From the IMG/VR virus record IMGVR_UViG_3300037258_000375, positions 41,299-105,298 of that record: a DNA stretch of 64,000 nt; one strand, given 5' to 3'. The translations under genes and the position numbers were made by a program. The stretch is from a virus. Below are positions 10,617 through 20,438 of this stretch, one piece after another. How positions within the stretch are numbered: the first letter of the stretch is position 1; each line of letters opens with the position of its first letter. The notes beneath the pieces are model-generated. The model did not search any database and had not been told where the DNA came from. It saw only the letters and a list, made by a program, of their open reading frames with translations.

Positions 10617-11381
10617 TCACGTTTTCCGACTCCACCGCTGGATGGGATTGATTAGCTCGATGTCGTCCGGAATTCTTTTGCCGAGGTAGAGCGCTTCGTC
10701 TGTGCGCGCATAATCCGTAATGGGGATCGGCGTACAGTGTGGAAAGGTGCCAACCGCCGCGATGATCTTAAAGTGGTTTTTGAGCGTCTCTCGCGCCTTC
10801 TCTGAAATCTGGAACCAGTCATCAACCATAACCTCTTGACCGCATCCTCGGAGGCTGTGAAGCTCCTCACTCCCGACGAAGTCAAGGCGGGCGAACTGAT
10901 GGGGGCGTCCTTCGCGGAGACGGCGGCGGGCAGCTTCGGCGATGATGTTCTCTTTGTGCGGAGAGATGATCGTGATGTGGCTCTGCGTTTGACTTGCGAC
11001 CTCTTCCGCGCTATCGAACAAGGCGGTGGTCTTTCCACTGCGGCGCTCGCAGTGCAGAACTGTTCCCTGCCGAAACGCGTCACGCATCATGCCGGTGCGT
11101 ATTGTCACAAGCTCAGGCGAGGGGCTTGTGCAAGATCGCATGTGATCGTCCAGCCTGTCGATGATATTGTGCGCGTACGTATGGAACCGCCGTGCATACT
11201 CCACGAACATCTCGCGCGCAACTTCGACCGGGATCGCGTCACATCTATGCTGCGCTTGCTCCTCGTAACTGTTGAGCATCCGGTTAAAGTGTTCTTCATC
11301 TGGATCGCGGCGTCGCGAAAGAGGAAGCATCGCTGGCTCAAATTTCTCGAACGGGCTTATTGAAAAATACTCCATTTGCAA
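10617..11381 (-). CDS. hypothetical protein with P-loop-like segment
   Basis: RRSGKTT and LRG...VMVDD. Confidence 0.5.
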   Translation of the reverse strand: MQMEYFSISPFEKFEPAMLPLSRRRDPDEEHFNRMLNSYEEQAQHRCDAIPVEVAREMFVEYARRFHTYAHNIIDRLDDHMRSCTSPSPELVTIRTGMMRDAFRQGTVLHCERRSGKTTALFDSAEEVASQTQSHITIISPHKENIIAEAARRRLREGRPHQFARLDFVGSEELHSLRGCGQEVMVDDWFQISEKARETLKNHFKIIAAVGTFPHCTPIPITDYARTDEALYLGKRIPDDIELINPIQRWSRKT

Positions 11382-11425
11382 TTATGGAACTATCGAGGTC
11401 GCCGATTTTCAAGCAGTCCTCTTGT

Positions 11426-11962
11426 TTATGCCCCGCGCGAAACAGTGAGAGAATCAATTTCGCCGAATAGTTCATATATATCATCCCAGTCTGGTGGATC
11501 GTAATCTTCTTTCTCCTCGTTCCATTTACCGCAAAACGGATTCACGCTCACTGATGTGCAGTGCAAACCAATCCCCGGTACATCCGGATTCGACAAGAAA
11601 AGCTCTCGCAGCGCTGGCCAGTGATTGACATTATCCGATGGAATCGAAAAGTCTTCGAGAAATACCTTGATCGCGTCGGCCATGCGCGGGTAGTCCTTCT
11701 TCGCGACATAAGCACGATCAAAGGTAAGCATGAAAACGGCTTTGTGCTCCGTTTTTACGCGCGGGTCTTTCCAGAGATTCCACAAGGTGTCCCCGAGTTG
11801 CATGTAGCCCTTGTTCGGGTGGTCATAAGACCTCGTTACGCTCAGATAGCGAGCGGCCATCAGTTCCCAAATTATCGGAGCCGACCCCCAGCTATTGCCG
11901 TATTCATCCAGCACGTCCACCCTATCTCCTGGATAAACTGCTATAACATCCGTCTGGCTCAT
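11426..11962 (-). CDS. hypothetical protein
   Basis: coupled ORF starting MSQTDV after GGAG. Confidence 0.6.
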   Translation of the reverse strand: MSQTDVIAVYPGDRVDVLDEYGNSWGSAPIIWELMAARYLSVTRSYDHPNKGYMQLGDTLWNLWKDPRVKTEHKAVFMLTFDRAYVAKKDYPRMADAIKVFLEDFSIPSDNVNHWPALRELFLSNPDVPGIGLHCTSVSVNPFCGKWNEEKEDYDPPDWDDIYELFGEIDSLTVSRGA

Positions 11963-12195
11963 GTCGTCATCTCCCCGAGCTTCTCCTTCGTCTCGTTGAA
12001 CTGCTTTCTGTTGTAGAGCAGCAGACAAGCTATAAGCTCTCCGGTTACGAGGCTGCCAACCACATCCCCGGCAATGCCCATCGTGACCTGGGTGCCCAAG
12101 CGGCACTTCGTCGCTTGCACAACGTCTACGCCAAGGCGGATGTCCAGATTATCGTCGGCCATCTTTTTCAGTACATCGAAACTGTTCACTGGCAT
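11959..12195 (-). CDS. small hypothetical protein
   Basis: GGAGG RBS; coupled to next gene. Confidence 0.55.
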   Translation of the reverse strand: MPVNSFDVLKKMADDNLDIRLGVDVVQATKCRLGTQVTMGIAGDVVGSLVTGELIACLLLYNRKQFNETKEKLGEMTT

Positions 12196-12382
12196 CCTAT
12201 TCCTCCGTCAGAGCCCGAGCGTCTTCCCAGCGTACGGCTCTTTCTTGTCTTCTGACTCTTCATCGTTCACGTGAATATCTTCAAAATACGTGGCCACGCA
12301 CTTGATGATTCCAATGACCAAACAGAGCGTGAAAATCGCGGCTGGGAATAACAGTTCCCAAGCGATCCGAACCTCGATATAT

Positions 12383-12880
12383 TCACGCCAAGTGATTGCG
12401 TGATCCACTCAGACTCCTGGGCGGTGGTCGTAGCCCCGCTTTACGTTCGTCGCGAAATCTTTGTTGCTTTTGCCGCTCACACTCTCTACATCTACGTGAT
12501 CCTTTTCGCGAGTCGATTATTAGATTCTCTCCCTCATAGGGATGACCGCGTGGACAGTGAGTTTTTCTGCTCTCTTTATTGTTTGTCACTAGGTCAGCAT
12601 TAAGAGCCTGCTCCCGAGGAGTTGCCCACCGACAGTTTTCAGCGGTGTAATCTCCATTATTGTTTTCACGATCTAATGTCTTCCCTGGTGGTCGTTCGCC
12701 CATGTCTGCATAAAAATTCGCGAAACTGTTCTGCCAGCGTTCACAAATCTTTATCCCACGTCCGCCATAGCGCGGGTATTTGTGGGATTTTGAATTGAGG
12801 CATCGTTCTTTCATTGCGCGCCACGAACGATACGTCCGCGTTTCTCCCTGCTTTCGCGTGCTGTGCCCATGTTTCTTCAT
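12383..12880 (-). CDS. HNH-type homing endonuclease
   Basis: Y.SW.AMK.RC..YGGRGI.IC.RW..F..F..DMG.RP...TLDR.NN.G.Y...NCRWA; KTHCPRGH. Confidence 0.88.
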   Translation of the reverse strand: MKKHGHSTRKQGETRTYRSWRAMKERCLNSKSHKYPRYGGRGIKICERWQNSFANFYADMGERPPGKTLDRENNNGDYTAENCRWATPREQALNADLVTNNKESRKTHCPRGHPYEGENLIIDSRKGSRRCRECERQKQQRFRDERKAGLRPPPRSLSGSRNHLA

Positions 12881-13647
12881 ATTGCCGACATCGGATCATC
12901 AAGTGTATGCTGCTGAGCGCGTTTCCAAAAGTCATGCTCATCTGCCCTGATAGCCAATAAGTCCGCCAACACTTGGTCTGATGGCGGATATACGCCCACG
13001 TGGGTGCCTTGATACCAGCCGAGACAATGGGAACACAAGGCTGCGAGAAAATGGAAATAGACCTTGTCCGCTTTTTTCTCCGGCTTCAGCGCGAGAGTGG
13101 GAAGGCCCTTGCGCAGGCAGTACATCACGCCAGAGCGCTTGCTCTTCTCCAGAAAGGCCCCGGCGAGAATGTAGCTGTCATGCTGCACTTCGTTGAGACG
13201 CCGGAGCAGTGCGCCCATGGCCTTCCACTCCGCAACGGGCTTTACCGCTCCGGCTTGGCAGATCATCGAAGTGATGTACATGTCGAGACGTTCGTTTGTG
13301 GTCACGAACTTCTCCACGATTGCGCCCTTCGAATGCTTCGCCACCGCGATTGTTTTTGGCCGCGTCGTCCAGACATTCACGACCATAGGCGAGTCGTCCT
13401 GCTCATCGACGTCCGAGGTGGAGCACACGCGCACTTCAGGAACGCCATTCATCGAGACAGGCACATCGTGACCGTGCTTGTCGGCAAGCGGGCAGCCCTT
13501 CGCAAGAACGATCTTGCGATCCTGGTCGAAGATGCTCACGATGGGCACGCCGTGGTGCCAGCCGCGCGCTTTGCAGAGTTCATGCACGCCGGATCGGAGA
13601 GATTCCCAGGTGAGTTCTCCCTTGATGGGCAGTAGGTCTGTGGCCAT
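12877..13647 (-). CDS. conserved LCxH protein, paralog of 20470..21123 (candidate Ubl partner enzyme)
   Basis: shares AE..A..L...L...Q...Y...G.F, LCxH, P..D....LL..R.DE..F...A with 20470..21123. Confidence 0.7.
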   Translation of the reverse strand: MATDLLPIKGELTWESLRSGVHELCKARGWHHGVPIVSIFDQDRKIVLAKGCPLADKHGHDVPVSMNGVPEVRVCSTSDVDEQDDSPMVVNVWTTRPKTIAVAKHSKGAIVEKFVTTNERLDMYITSMICQAGAVKPVAEWKAMGALLRRLNEVQHDSYILAGAFLEKSKRSGVMYCLRKGLPTLALKPEKKADKVYFHFLAALCSHCLGWYQGTHVGVYPPSDQVLADLLAIRADEHDFWKRAQQHTLDDPMSAI

Positions 13648-13648
13648 A

Positions 13649-14014
13649 CTATCCTCCACTTCGCGGCGCAATCGCCACCGTTCGTCCAGATTCCGGACTC
13701 ACTCTCCCATACGATGCCCTACGTGGCAGCCCCTTCGGCCTGCCACGGCCTTTCTTGCGAGGCACTGTCTCCACGGCTTCATCGGGAGTTTCCTGTGTGT
13801 CCAGGCGAATCATGAGCTTGTTCGTCACCGGATCGTAGCCCAACACCCTGTACGTGTGAGTCACATCGCCGATTTCCCTTTCGAGAAAGACGGCGGACCC
13901 GGACTTGATGAGATCGCCGACGAGCTTGGCAGCTTGCTTGCGGCCATCCTCGTTCGTTGTGTCGATCTCTGAGTTGTCATCGCCGGAAAAGCTATTGAGG
14001 ATTTGGATATTCAT
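13649..14014 (-). CDS. Gly-Gly-terminated small protein with AT-hook insert, paralog of 21564..21818
   Basis: ends APRSGG; KKGRGRPK; aligns by eye to 21564..21818. Confidence 0.7.
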   Translation of the reverse strand: MNIQILNSFSGDDNSEIDTTNEDGRKQAAKLVGDLIKSGSAVFLEREIGDVTHTYRVLGYDPVTNKLMIRLDTQETPDEAVETVPRKKGRGRPKGLPRRASYGRVSPESGRTVAIAPRSGG

Positions 14015-15147
14015 ATGACCACCTCTGAGTACAACACCCGTTCTATCGCGCTCGGTCCATGTGCCGTGATGGCCACAGGCACACGTAGGTTCGCCGCCAT
14101 CGAGTAGAGAAAATCAACTTCCGACTCACCGATACGTGGCAGGTAGTCTAGGTGGCTCACTGCGAGGTAATCGACACCGCCGATGATTCGGAGAGCCCGC
14201 CGCGCCATGTTGAAATCGAACTGCCCCACCCGAAACTTTCCCTGAAGCGAGCTATCGGAGTTGTGTAGCTCTGGCAAATCGAGCGCTGGGTCTTCGCTCG
14301 GGAACGGACCGGCACCGTGGCGCGTGTAATAGCTGCGCAGGCAGCCGACGCGGGTACGCTCTTTGACTTTCGCTTCATCGAGAAGTGTATTCGCATTTTC
14401 GAAGGTAGTGTTCGTCCAGGTGTTGTGCGGCGCGGTGCCGTACGTCTCATCGAGCATCACGCCCTGTGCGCCCTCAAAGACCATGCATTCTTCCGGCTTG
14501 AAGTGATCGACGATCTTGGCTGGCCAACTCTCGAAGTCGGCCATGGTCCGGCTGAGAACTGCTATGTCTTTGCTGCGATGAATGACGATGCCCAGTTCTT
14601 CCCGAAGCTTCACGATCTCATCGAGAAGCATATCCGAGATAAATGTGAGCTTACGGCGGAGCGTGACCAGATTCTGCGTGTCACCAGCGTAGGGAACATA
14701 GAGCGGGTGCTTTATCTGCATCTCTCGCGCCACACCGATGCCCATTCCGCAGCTTCCATGTCTTGCATCGCCGCGCGCCATCTCGCGAAGTTGATTGAGA
14801 TGCTTATGAAACGGCGTGACCAGGAGCGCTCTCTGATCGACTGTGGTGCGGTCCCATACGTCTCCCGCCAGATTTGAAAGCTCTTCTGCCTCTCGCATCA
14901 TCGACACCGGATCGATAACCATGTAGCGCGAGAGAAATGTCTTCACGTGCGGGTTCGCCAGTGTTCCCGCTCCAAACTGCGCGAAGGTGTGGTGGTCTCC
15001 CTCTGGAGTAACCACGTTGTGCGCCGCCTGAGAGCCGCCGTTATAGCGCACCACTAGATCGACCGGATATTCACGACATAATTTATCGACACATGCCCCC
15101 TTGCCTTCGTCTCCGAAGGCAAGTCCTGCCACAAGAAATGCTTTCAT
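14011..15147 (-). CDS. adenylosuccinate synthetase-like (PurA family) protein
   Basis: GDEGKG, RYNGGSQAAHNV, GSCGMGIG, EGAQG..LD, TRHGAGPFP. Confidence 0.9.
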   Translation of the reverse strand: MKAFLVAGLAFGDEGKGACVDKLCREYPVDLVVRYNGGSQAAHNVVTPEGDHHTFAQFGAGTLANPHVKTFLSRYMVIDPVSMMREAEELSNLAGDVWDRTTVDQRALLVTPFHKHLNQLREMARGDARHGSCGMGIGVAREMQIKHPLYVPYAGDTQNLVTLRRKLTFISDMLLDEIVKLREELGIVIHRSKDIAVLSRTMADFESWPAKIVDHFKPEECMVFEGAQGVMLDETYGTAPHNTWTNTTFENANTLLDEAKVKERTRVGCLRSYYTRHGAGPFPSEDPALDLPELHNSDSSLQGKFRVGQFDFNMARRALRIIGGVDYLAVSHLDYLPRIGESEVDFLYSMAANLRVPVAITAHGPSAIERVLYSEVVI

Positions 15148-15426
15148 TTATTCCCCCAGGTTCTTTATACACACCGTAAATGCAGTGAGCGGGCGGTTCG
15201 GCCTCCCGTCCGGGCGAAGCGGATGCGTGTCGCTGATCTGACGGTAGAAGGTCATAGCCTGCGCCCCATCGTCGAATCGCTTCGCCTCGGCGAGGTTGAA
15301 GGTCGTAGTGAGATCGCCATGGCCGTCGTGACCGTTAGGGTCGTACGTTTTCACATACGACCCCTCCAGTTCGGACGGCAATGACTCAAGCCCGCCAAGC
15401 CGTTCGATTTGGATAACGGCGCTCAC
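15148..15426 (-). CDS. hypothetical protein
   Basis: coupled ORF within operon. Confidence 0.55.
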   Translation of the reverse strand: MSAVIQIERLGGLESLPSELEGSYVKTYDPNGHDGHGDLTTTFNLAEAKRFDDGAQAMTFYRQISDTHPLRPDGRPNRPLTAFTVCIKNLGE

Positions 15427-16361
15427 AGACGTGCGGCCTTGCCTGCTCCGGACGTCGTCAGCGCAGCCGCCGCGTGCGCGCTGTGCTTCACCAGGGCATG
15501 TGCTTCGTGATCGCTCACGCCGACCGCAACCAGATCGTCAACGACCGAGTCTGCCGACTTCTCTTCACAGAGAGCGACGGTAGAGGCGATGAGTTCGCAA
15601 ATCAGGTTCGCGTGCTGCAACACAAGAACAGACTCTTCTCCGAAAAGCTTCTTGTATTGCTCAAACGAGTGCTGATAGGAACCGTGCGGCCAGATCACGA
15701 AAATGGTAAAGTTGCGGCGTGCTTCTTCGATGATCTCTGCGATGGGGATGTCGGCCTGGATGGTATCGCCGAACACAGCGTGGACATGCTTTTTCCCCAC
15801 TTGATCGAAGATCGGCTCGTCTGCGAACATGAAGAAGTATCCCTTCTTGTCACGCTTCTCCAGGCAATCGAGGCTGACCTTGCGCGCCGCCGCATAAAGC
15901 AGCAGATCGTAAGACTCGCCGTGATTAGAGCCGCCTTGGCCGACAAGCCAGATGTTCCGGATGTGCTCATCCACGCGGATATCGCTCTCGAAGTCCGAAA
16001 TCTGGATGCAGTTCTTGCCGACAGAAAAGAAGTCGTCGTTCGCGGCAACGGCAACTTGCGGGTCCGGCAAATACTTATTCAAGAGGTCCATGAGGTTCGG
16101 GAGCTTCTTCTGCGCATCGACGGCGCGGTCGTAGTTCGAACCGGTTACGTCGAACGCGACCAGCACTGCATTCGATGTCGGATGCTCAGCGGAATCCCGC
16201 GATTCAAGCTTGCCGACAGGCTTTGTGTTAATACGCATCGGGTCCAGGTTCGCATGAACCGAACTCGCGGTTGTTGTGTAGGCAAAGTCTGGCGTGCCTG
16301 AAGCACGACGACTTGAAGTTGTACTGTGATATGTACCTGAGTCCCAGCGGCCACCGCCCAT
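15423..16361 (-). CDS. vWA-like domain protein
   Basis: MGGGRW start; FDVTGS MIDAS-like motif; GGSN.GESY; KKGYFF...DE. Confidence 0.8.
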   Translation of the reverse strand: MGGGRWDSGTYHSTTSSRRASGTPDFAYTTTASSVHANLDPMRINTKPVGKLESRDSAEHPTSNAVLVAFDVTGSNYDRAVDAQKKLPNLMDLLNKYLPDPQVAVAANDDFFSVGKNCIQISDFESDIRVDEHIRNIWLVGQGGSNHGESYDLLLYAAARKVSLDCLEKRDKKGYFFMFADEPIFDQVGKKHVHAVFGDTIQADIPIAEIIEEARRNFTIFVIWPHGSYQHSFEQYKKLFGEESVLVLQHANLICELIASTVALCEEKSADSVVDDLVAVGVSDHEAHALVKHSAHAAAALTTSGAGKAARL

Positions 16362-16373
16362 GATTTCCTCCGC

Positions 16374-17417
16374 TTACGTCGGCAAGTTGAATGCGATCCA
16401 CTTCGGAGAGCCGTACTCCTTAGCAGCCGCCTCTTTCCAGTCCTGCAAAACATCTCCAGCTTTCTGGTAGCGTTTCTTATAGTCAGAATCGAGGCACTTC
16501 ACAAGAATTTTTCCCAAGGCGGGCATCCACAACGATCCGCAAAGATACACCATCAACTTCGCGGCCATGTAGATGTCCGAAGCAGGGCCGATGTACTTCT
16601 TAGACAGAAGCTCTGGCGCATAATGGTCCTGCCACGCCGGAATCCAGGATGACAGTCTTGTCCGCTCTTCGTAATTGACTGAATAGCACCAGTCGATCAT
16701 CCGGATGGAGTGCTTGCGTGGATCGACACCGGAGCCTCCGTCGTTATCTGGATAGAACATAACGTGTGGCGGAAGGATCGCCCCATGCACCAGCCGGAAG
16801 TGATGTGTCCATGTCAGTACAGCCAAAATCCTCTTAAACATCCAGACGCCGGTTCGCGTGTCAACATTCTCGATCTTCACGTGAACTTGCTGCGCGGTCA
16901 CGAATCCTGAGAAATTCGTGATGACGTTCGCCTCGCGCTTCATCGTTGCCTCGATCCAGAAGTTGTCGATTAGCACAGGTACGCCTTCGCGGATCGGCCC
17001 GTCAATCTTGCTCAACGCTTTGAGTGCGACGATCTCCGCCCTAAGAAGGTCGTTGTCATCGTGATTTCTCGCAACCTTGATGAGTTCCTTGCCGCCTTCC
17101 GTTGTGTAGAGATCGGCGATGTCGCCGATGCGTGGGTGCGGCTTGGCGTTGTACTTACCGATCTTCAGAGGAACGCAGTGGGGGAGCGGAAGACGCTTGC
17201 CCCAATTGCCTTTCCTTACTCGAATATCGGCCTCATTCTTCAACGCGGAGAGTTGCTGGAACACTTTCGCAGCGAGCGGCTCTGTCGGATGAAAGTCGGG
17301 GTGACAAGACCGCGCGAGCTTCCTGAAGACCACAGACGGATCATCTCCCGATCCGAATACATCCTCCGGACAGCACGCGCTCTCCAGCTTATCGTGCATC
17401 AATTGCAATTCGCTCAT
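16374..17417 (-). CDS. J-domain / Ser-Thr kinase-like fusion protein
   Basis: FRKLARSCHPD; HGAILPPHV, IDW, YAPE, SDIYM. Confidence 0.8.
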   Translation of the reverse strand: MSELQLMHDKLESACCPEDVFGSGDDPSVVFRKLARSCHPDFHPTEPLAAKVFQQLSALKNEADIRVRKGNWGKRLPLPHCVPLKIGKYNAKPHPRIGDIADLYTTEGGKELIKVARNHDDNDLLRAEIVALKALSKIDGPIREGVPVLIDNFWIEATMKREANVITNFSGFVTAQQVHVKIENVDTRTGVWMFKRILAVLTWTHHFRLVHGAILPPHVMFYPDNDGGSGVDPRKHSIRMIDWCYSVNYEERTRLSSWIPAWQDHYAPELLSKKYIGPASDIYMAAKLMVYLCGSLWMPALGKILVKCLDSDYKKRYQKAGDVLQDWKEAAAKEYGSPKWIAFNLPT

Positions 17418-18049
17418 GCAGCTTCGTCCATGAACTTGCGCCGGGGCAAGATCGGTCCACTTGGCTTCACGCCTAAAGGATTTTCCGTGTAGCCCTCATA
17501 CCACGGTGCGGTTGAAGGAAGCGATAGGCGAATGAACTGGCGATCCACGTCGCCAAGCTGGCGGGTCGATTCATGCACACACATCCCGTCCACCCAATAG
17601 ACCATGCCTGGAGCGAAGATGGTGCCCGGAGAGCGTAGCTCGCCCCGCAGATGCTCGCAGCTTCCCTCTTCTCCCACTTCACCGTGGAATTGCTGCGCCC
17701 AGGCGCAACAGCCCGCGTGCGAAGACACAGTGAGCATCCCAGTCGCTCTGCTCGCCCAAGGCGCACCTCCACCCCATCCGCGACCCTCCCCGCCATCTAC
17801 GTGCAGTCCTGCGCGCCGATGCGTTCGTCCGAGGGCAACCGTCTTCTCATCGATGGTGAGGTAGCCGACTTTCCCCAAATGCTTCGCGTCCATCATCCGG
17901 AAAAGGCACCACGCCACATCCCAGTAATGTAAAACAAAATCGGGAAAGGTCGATACGCCCCCGAGAATAATCGGAAGCATCATGACCCGTGTGCCCGAGA
18001 ACGGCGGTAATTTAACTTCGCCGACTTCGCGAAAAGTGCTTGTAAACAT
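17414..18049 (-). CDS. putative 2OG-Fe(II) oxygenase-fold protein
   Basis: LHVDG...VHES...RQFIRL (HxD..H..R). Confidence 0.6.
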   Translation of the reverse strand: MFTSTFREVGEVKLPPFSGTRVMMLPIILGGVSTFPDFVLHYWDVAWCLFRMMDAKHLGKVGYLTIDEKTVALGRTHRRAGLHVDGGEGRGWGGGAPWASRATGMLTVSSHAGCCAWAQQFHGEVGEEGSCEHLRGELRSPGTIFAPGMVYWVDGMCVHESTRQLGDVDRQFIRLSLPSTAPWYEGYTENPLGVKPSGPILPRRKFMDEAA

Positions 18050-18077
18050 ACCCTTCCCCCTTTTACTCATACACGAA

Positions 18078-19409
18078 CTAGAAGCTACCGCTATCGCCTC
18101 CGAAGCTACCGCTATCCCCGCCTCCGAAGTCCGATGAAGATGACGAGTCGCTGAAGCTGCTACTGCTGCTGTCGTCAAAGCCGCTCGATGACGATGAATC
18201 GCTAAAACTACTGCTACTGCTGTCATCGAAGCTGCTCGATGACGACGAGTCATTCCAACTGCTGCTCGATTCCTCTCGAACCGCGACCGGCTCCGGCTCT
18301 GGAACGAAGACGGGCTCGATGATGGGAACAATGACCGGGCTGGGGCCATAATAACCATCGTCGATGTACGCTGGCCGAGCAGGGGCCTTATTGATGATCG
18401 TCGTATTCGTCACAGACGGAGACGCTGCCGGAGCGGCCTGCGGAGGGGTTGGAGGTGTAGGGCCGGGTTTCGGAACGTCGGGATCAGGATTGCCCGCAGG
18501 AGCGGTAGAGTGGCCGTCGCCGGAATGCCTCGAAGCACTACGATCAAACCGGAACTTGCGCGAAGCTTGAGCTACTTCCGCATCGACTTTGTCGGCAATC
18601 CACTTATAGCGCTTCCCGATCTCCTCGTACTCCTCGATGTCGAGACCTTTCGTATCCGGATTGAAGGTCTCGCTCTGGTTCAACCGGGAGAACTCCTCCG
18701 ACAATGCGTAGTTAGTGCTGTTGATGATCTTCCCCGCCGCCTCGTTCCGCCATAGCACCGCTTGTTGCTGCGCCAGGAGACGCTTGCGCCGGAAGTTAAA
18801 CAGGGCGAGAATACCGATCACGCAACAACCGAGAAGGATCGCGCCAAGCAACCAATCCAGCCATCTCCAAAGTCCGGACATGTCTGTTGCTTGCTTGGTA
18901 ATAACGGTGGTGGCCGGATGTAGAGCCGCCGTTTGAAATGCTTCGATCTGCACTGCGGCTTGAGACATACCGGCAATCATGCCCCGTGTCCAGTCGCCGT
19001 CTCGGAAGGCGGGAGCCATGAACTGCGTGCGGATCACAGACGTATTGAGTGCCCGTCCGAACTCGTTCCCCACAAACAACCCCGCCGCGTGCCGCTTCGG
19101 GAACACGAGGAACACGATCAGGTTGTTCTTCACTCCTCCGCTGGCCGATTGCCACGATGGACACTCCTTCTGTAGTGTGGCGACGTACTGCTCGGGCGTG
19201 GTCTTGGAGGTGTCATCCAAGATCACGCGCGGGTCGGCACCCTTCGCCGCGAGCATAGAAGCAGAATGAACAAGCGCATCACCCTGACCGCTCCTGAGAA
19301 GCGATGACGGGTCCGCGAAAACTGGCGAGTCGCACGAATGCGAAAACACTTGACTCCAGCCCATGGAGGCCAGAGCCACAAATATGCAGGCGATCAAAAC
19401 TCGTCTCAT
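18078..19409 (-). CDS. TPM (DUF477) domain membrane protein with Pro-rich linker and Ser/Gly-rich tail
   Basis: signal peptide; M.PAFRDGDW..G; TM helix; DSSSSS repeats and FGGGDSGSF end. Confidence 0.8.
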   Translation of the reverse strand: MRRVLIACIFVALASMGWSQVFSHSCDSPVFADPSSLLRSGQGDALVHSASMLAAKGADPRVILDDTSKTTPEQYVATLQKECPSWQSASGGVKNNLIVFLVFPKRHAAGLFVGNEFGRALNTSVIRTQFMAPAFRDGDWTRGMIAGMSQAAVQIEAFQTAALHPATTVITKQATDMSGLWRWLDWLLGAILLGCCVIGILALFNFRRKRLLAQQQAVLWRNEAAGKIINSTNYALSEEFSRLNQSETFNPDTKGLDIEEYEEIGKRYKWIADKVDAEVAQASRKFRFDRSASRHSGDGHSTAPAGNPDPDVPKPGPTPPTPPQAAPAASPSVTNTTIINKAPARPAYIDDGYYGPSPVIVPIIEPVFVPEPEPVAVREESSSSWNDSSSSSSFDDSSSSSFSDSSSSSGFDDSSSSSFSDSSSSSDFGGGDSGSFGGDSGSF

Positions 19410-19459
19410 GGAACTTCCTTTCACATCGAGCATTCGAGGGAGGGTTTCCGTGTGGTCGT

Positions 19460-20119
19460 TTATTTCAGTGACGCGAGAAGGGCATCCACTTCAGGGCTGT
19501 TCGCGTTCGATGGTTGAGGCGTTGTGGTGAGTGCCCGGTCAAACTCAGCGCTGGCTACATCGTTGTGGCGGCGCATTCTTTGCTCCACATCATCGACGGA
19601 TTGATTGCCATCAAAGCCAAGTGCGGCATTCGCTTGGGTCAACGCGGAAGCGGCCTGATGCTTTGCCTTCGTGTCCATATCCAGGCGTTCGAGTTCACGC
19701 ACGCGAGCAACCATCAACTGATGCTTCGCGTTCAACAAATCGGCGGACTCCTTCAGCTTGGCCACCACGGTCTGTTGGTCGGTGATGTCGGTACCCATCT
19801 TCGTGAAGTGCGTCGTCTCTTCGACGATGTTTGCGGCCTTCATCCGCGCTGCCTGAGAATTGGGATCGGCAATGAGAATGGCCTTGACTTCCTTCTTCTG
19901 TGATTCAATTTGATTGCCGAGGTCCTGGTATTCGCGGGTGAGCGTACGCAGTCCGCCATCCTGCGCAGCGATTTCGGTATTCATCTTGCCCATCGCGTCT
20001 TCGAGATCACGGCAATACTGACGCACGGCAGATGGTGAGTTCGCGTCAATCTCTTTATCCAGCAGATCATGTGCTGCACCCAGCGTGACGACGCGAAGCT
20101 TTTGCAGAAAACCAGTCAT
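19460..20119 (-). CDS. PspA/IM30 family coiled-coil protein
   Basis: 219 aa coiled coil; D.NSP....QY.RDLE; C-terminal VDALLASLK. Confidence 0.75.
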   Translation of the reverse strand: MTGFLQKLRVVTLGAAHDLLDKEIDANSPSAVRQYCRDLEDAMGKMNTEIAAQDGGLRTLTREYQDLGNQIESQKKEVKAILIADPNSQAARMKAANIVEETTHFTKMGTDITDQQTVVAKLKESADLLNAKHQLMVARVRELERLDMDTKAKHQAASALTQANAALGFDGNQSVDDVEQRMRRHNDVASAEFDRALTTTPQPSNANSPEVDALLASLK

Positions 20120-20159
20120 AAACTCTTCTCCTGGAGCGCCACGCAGTGGCCGGTTGCTG

Positions 20160-20438
20160 TTACAGTGCCGCTGCTAATTCGTAATCTTCCGCCAGTAGAT
20201 CACTCTGAGAGCACGCCCACGGTACGACGGTTCCCTGATAAGTCATCATGTCTACGTGCGACTGATACTGAATCTCCGTCCCTTCGGGATAGATACCCAA
20301 AAGCGGAAGTCGGTTCACCTGGAACTTAGAGCCCGGAACCAGGAACAGATACATTCCCTTCCCGTTCCAGCCAGCCCGACATACCCGCTCGCCGCTTTGC
20401 AACTGTTCGAGTGCCCATCCTAATCCTTGCTTCTCCAT
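20160..20438 (-). CDS. DUF2829 / Tad2-like anti-defence sponge protein
   Basis: AL..L..G..V.R.GWNGKGM.L.L ... VPW..SQSDLLAED. Confidence 0.85.
   Translation of the reverse strand: MEKQGLGWALEQLQSGERVCRAGWNGKGMYLFLVPGSKFQVNRLPLLGIYPEGTEIQYQSHVDMMTYQGTVVPWACSQSDLLAEDYELAAAL

Noticed and set aside
14011-15147. PurZ (Z-genome) assignment
   Set aside because: Retains the catalytic Asp motif GDEGKG of PurA rather than the Ser-type PurZ motif; no DatZ or MazZ partner recognised nearby.
18078-18270. Ser-rich nucleotide repeats as a functional DNA repeat
   Set aside because: Explained by the low-complexity DSSSSS tail of the TPM protein.
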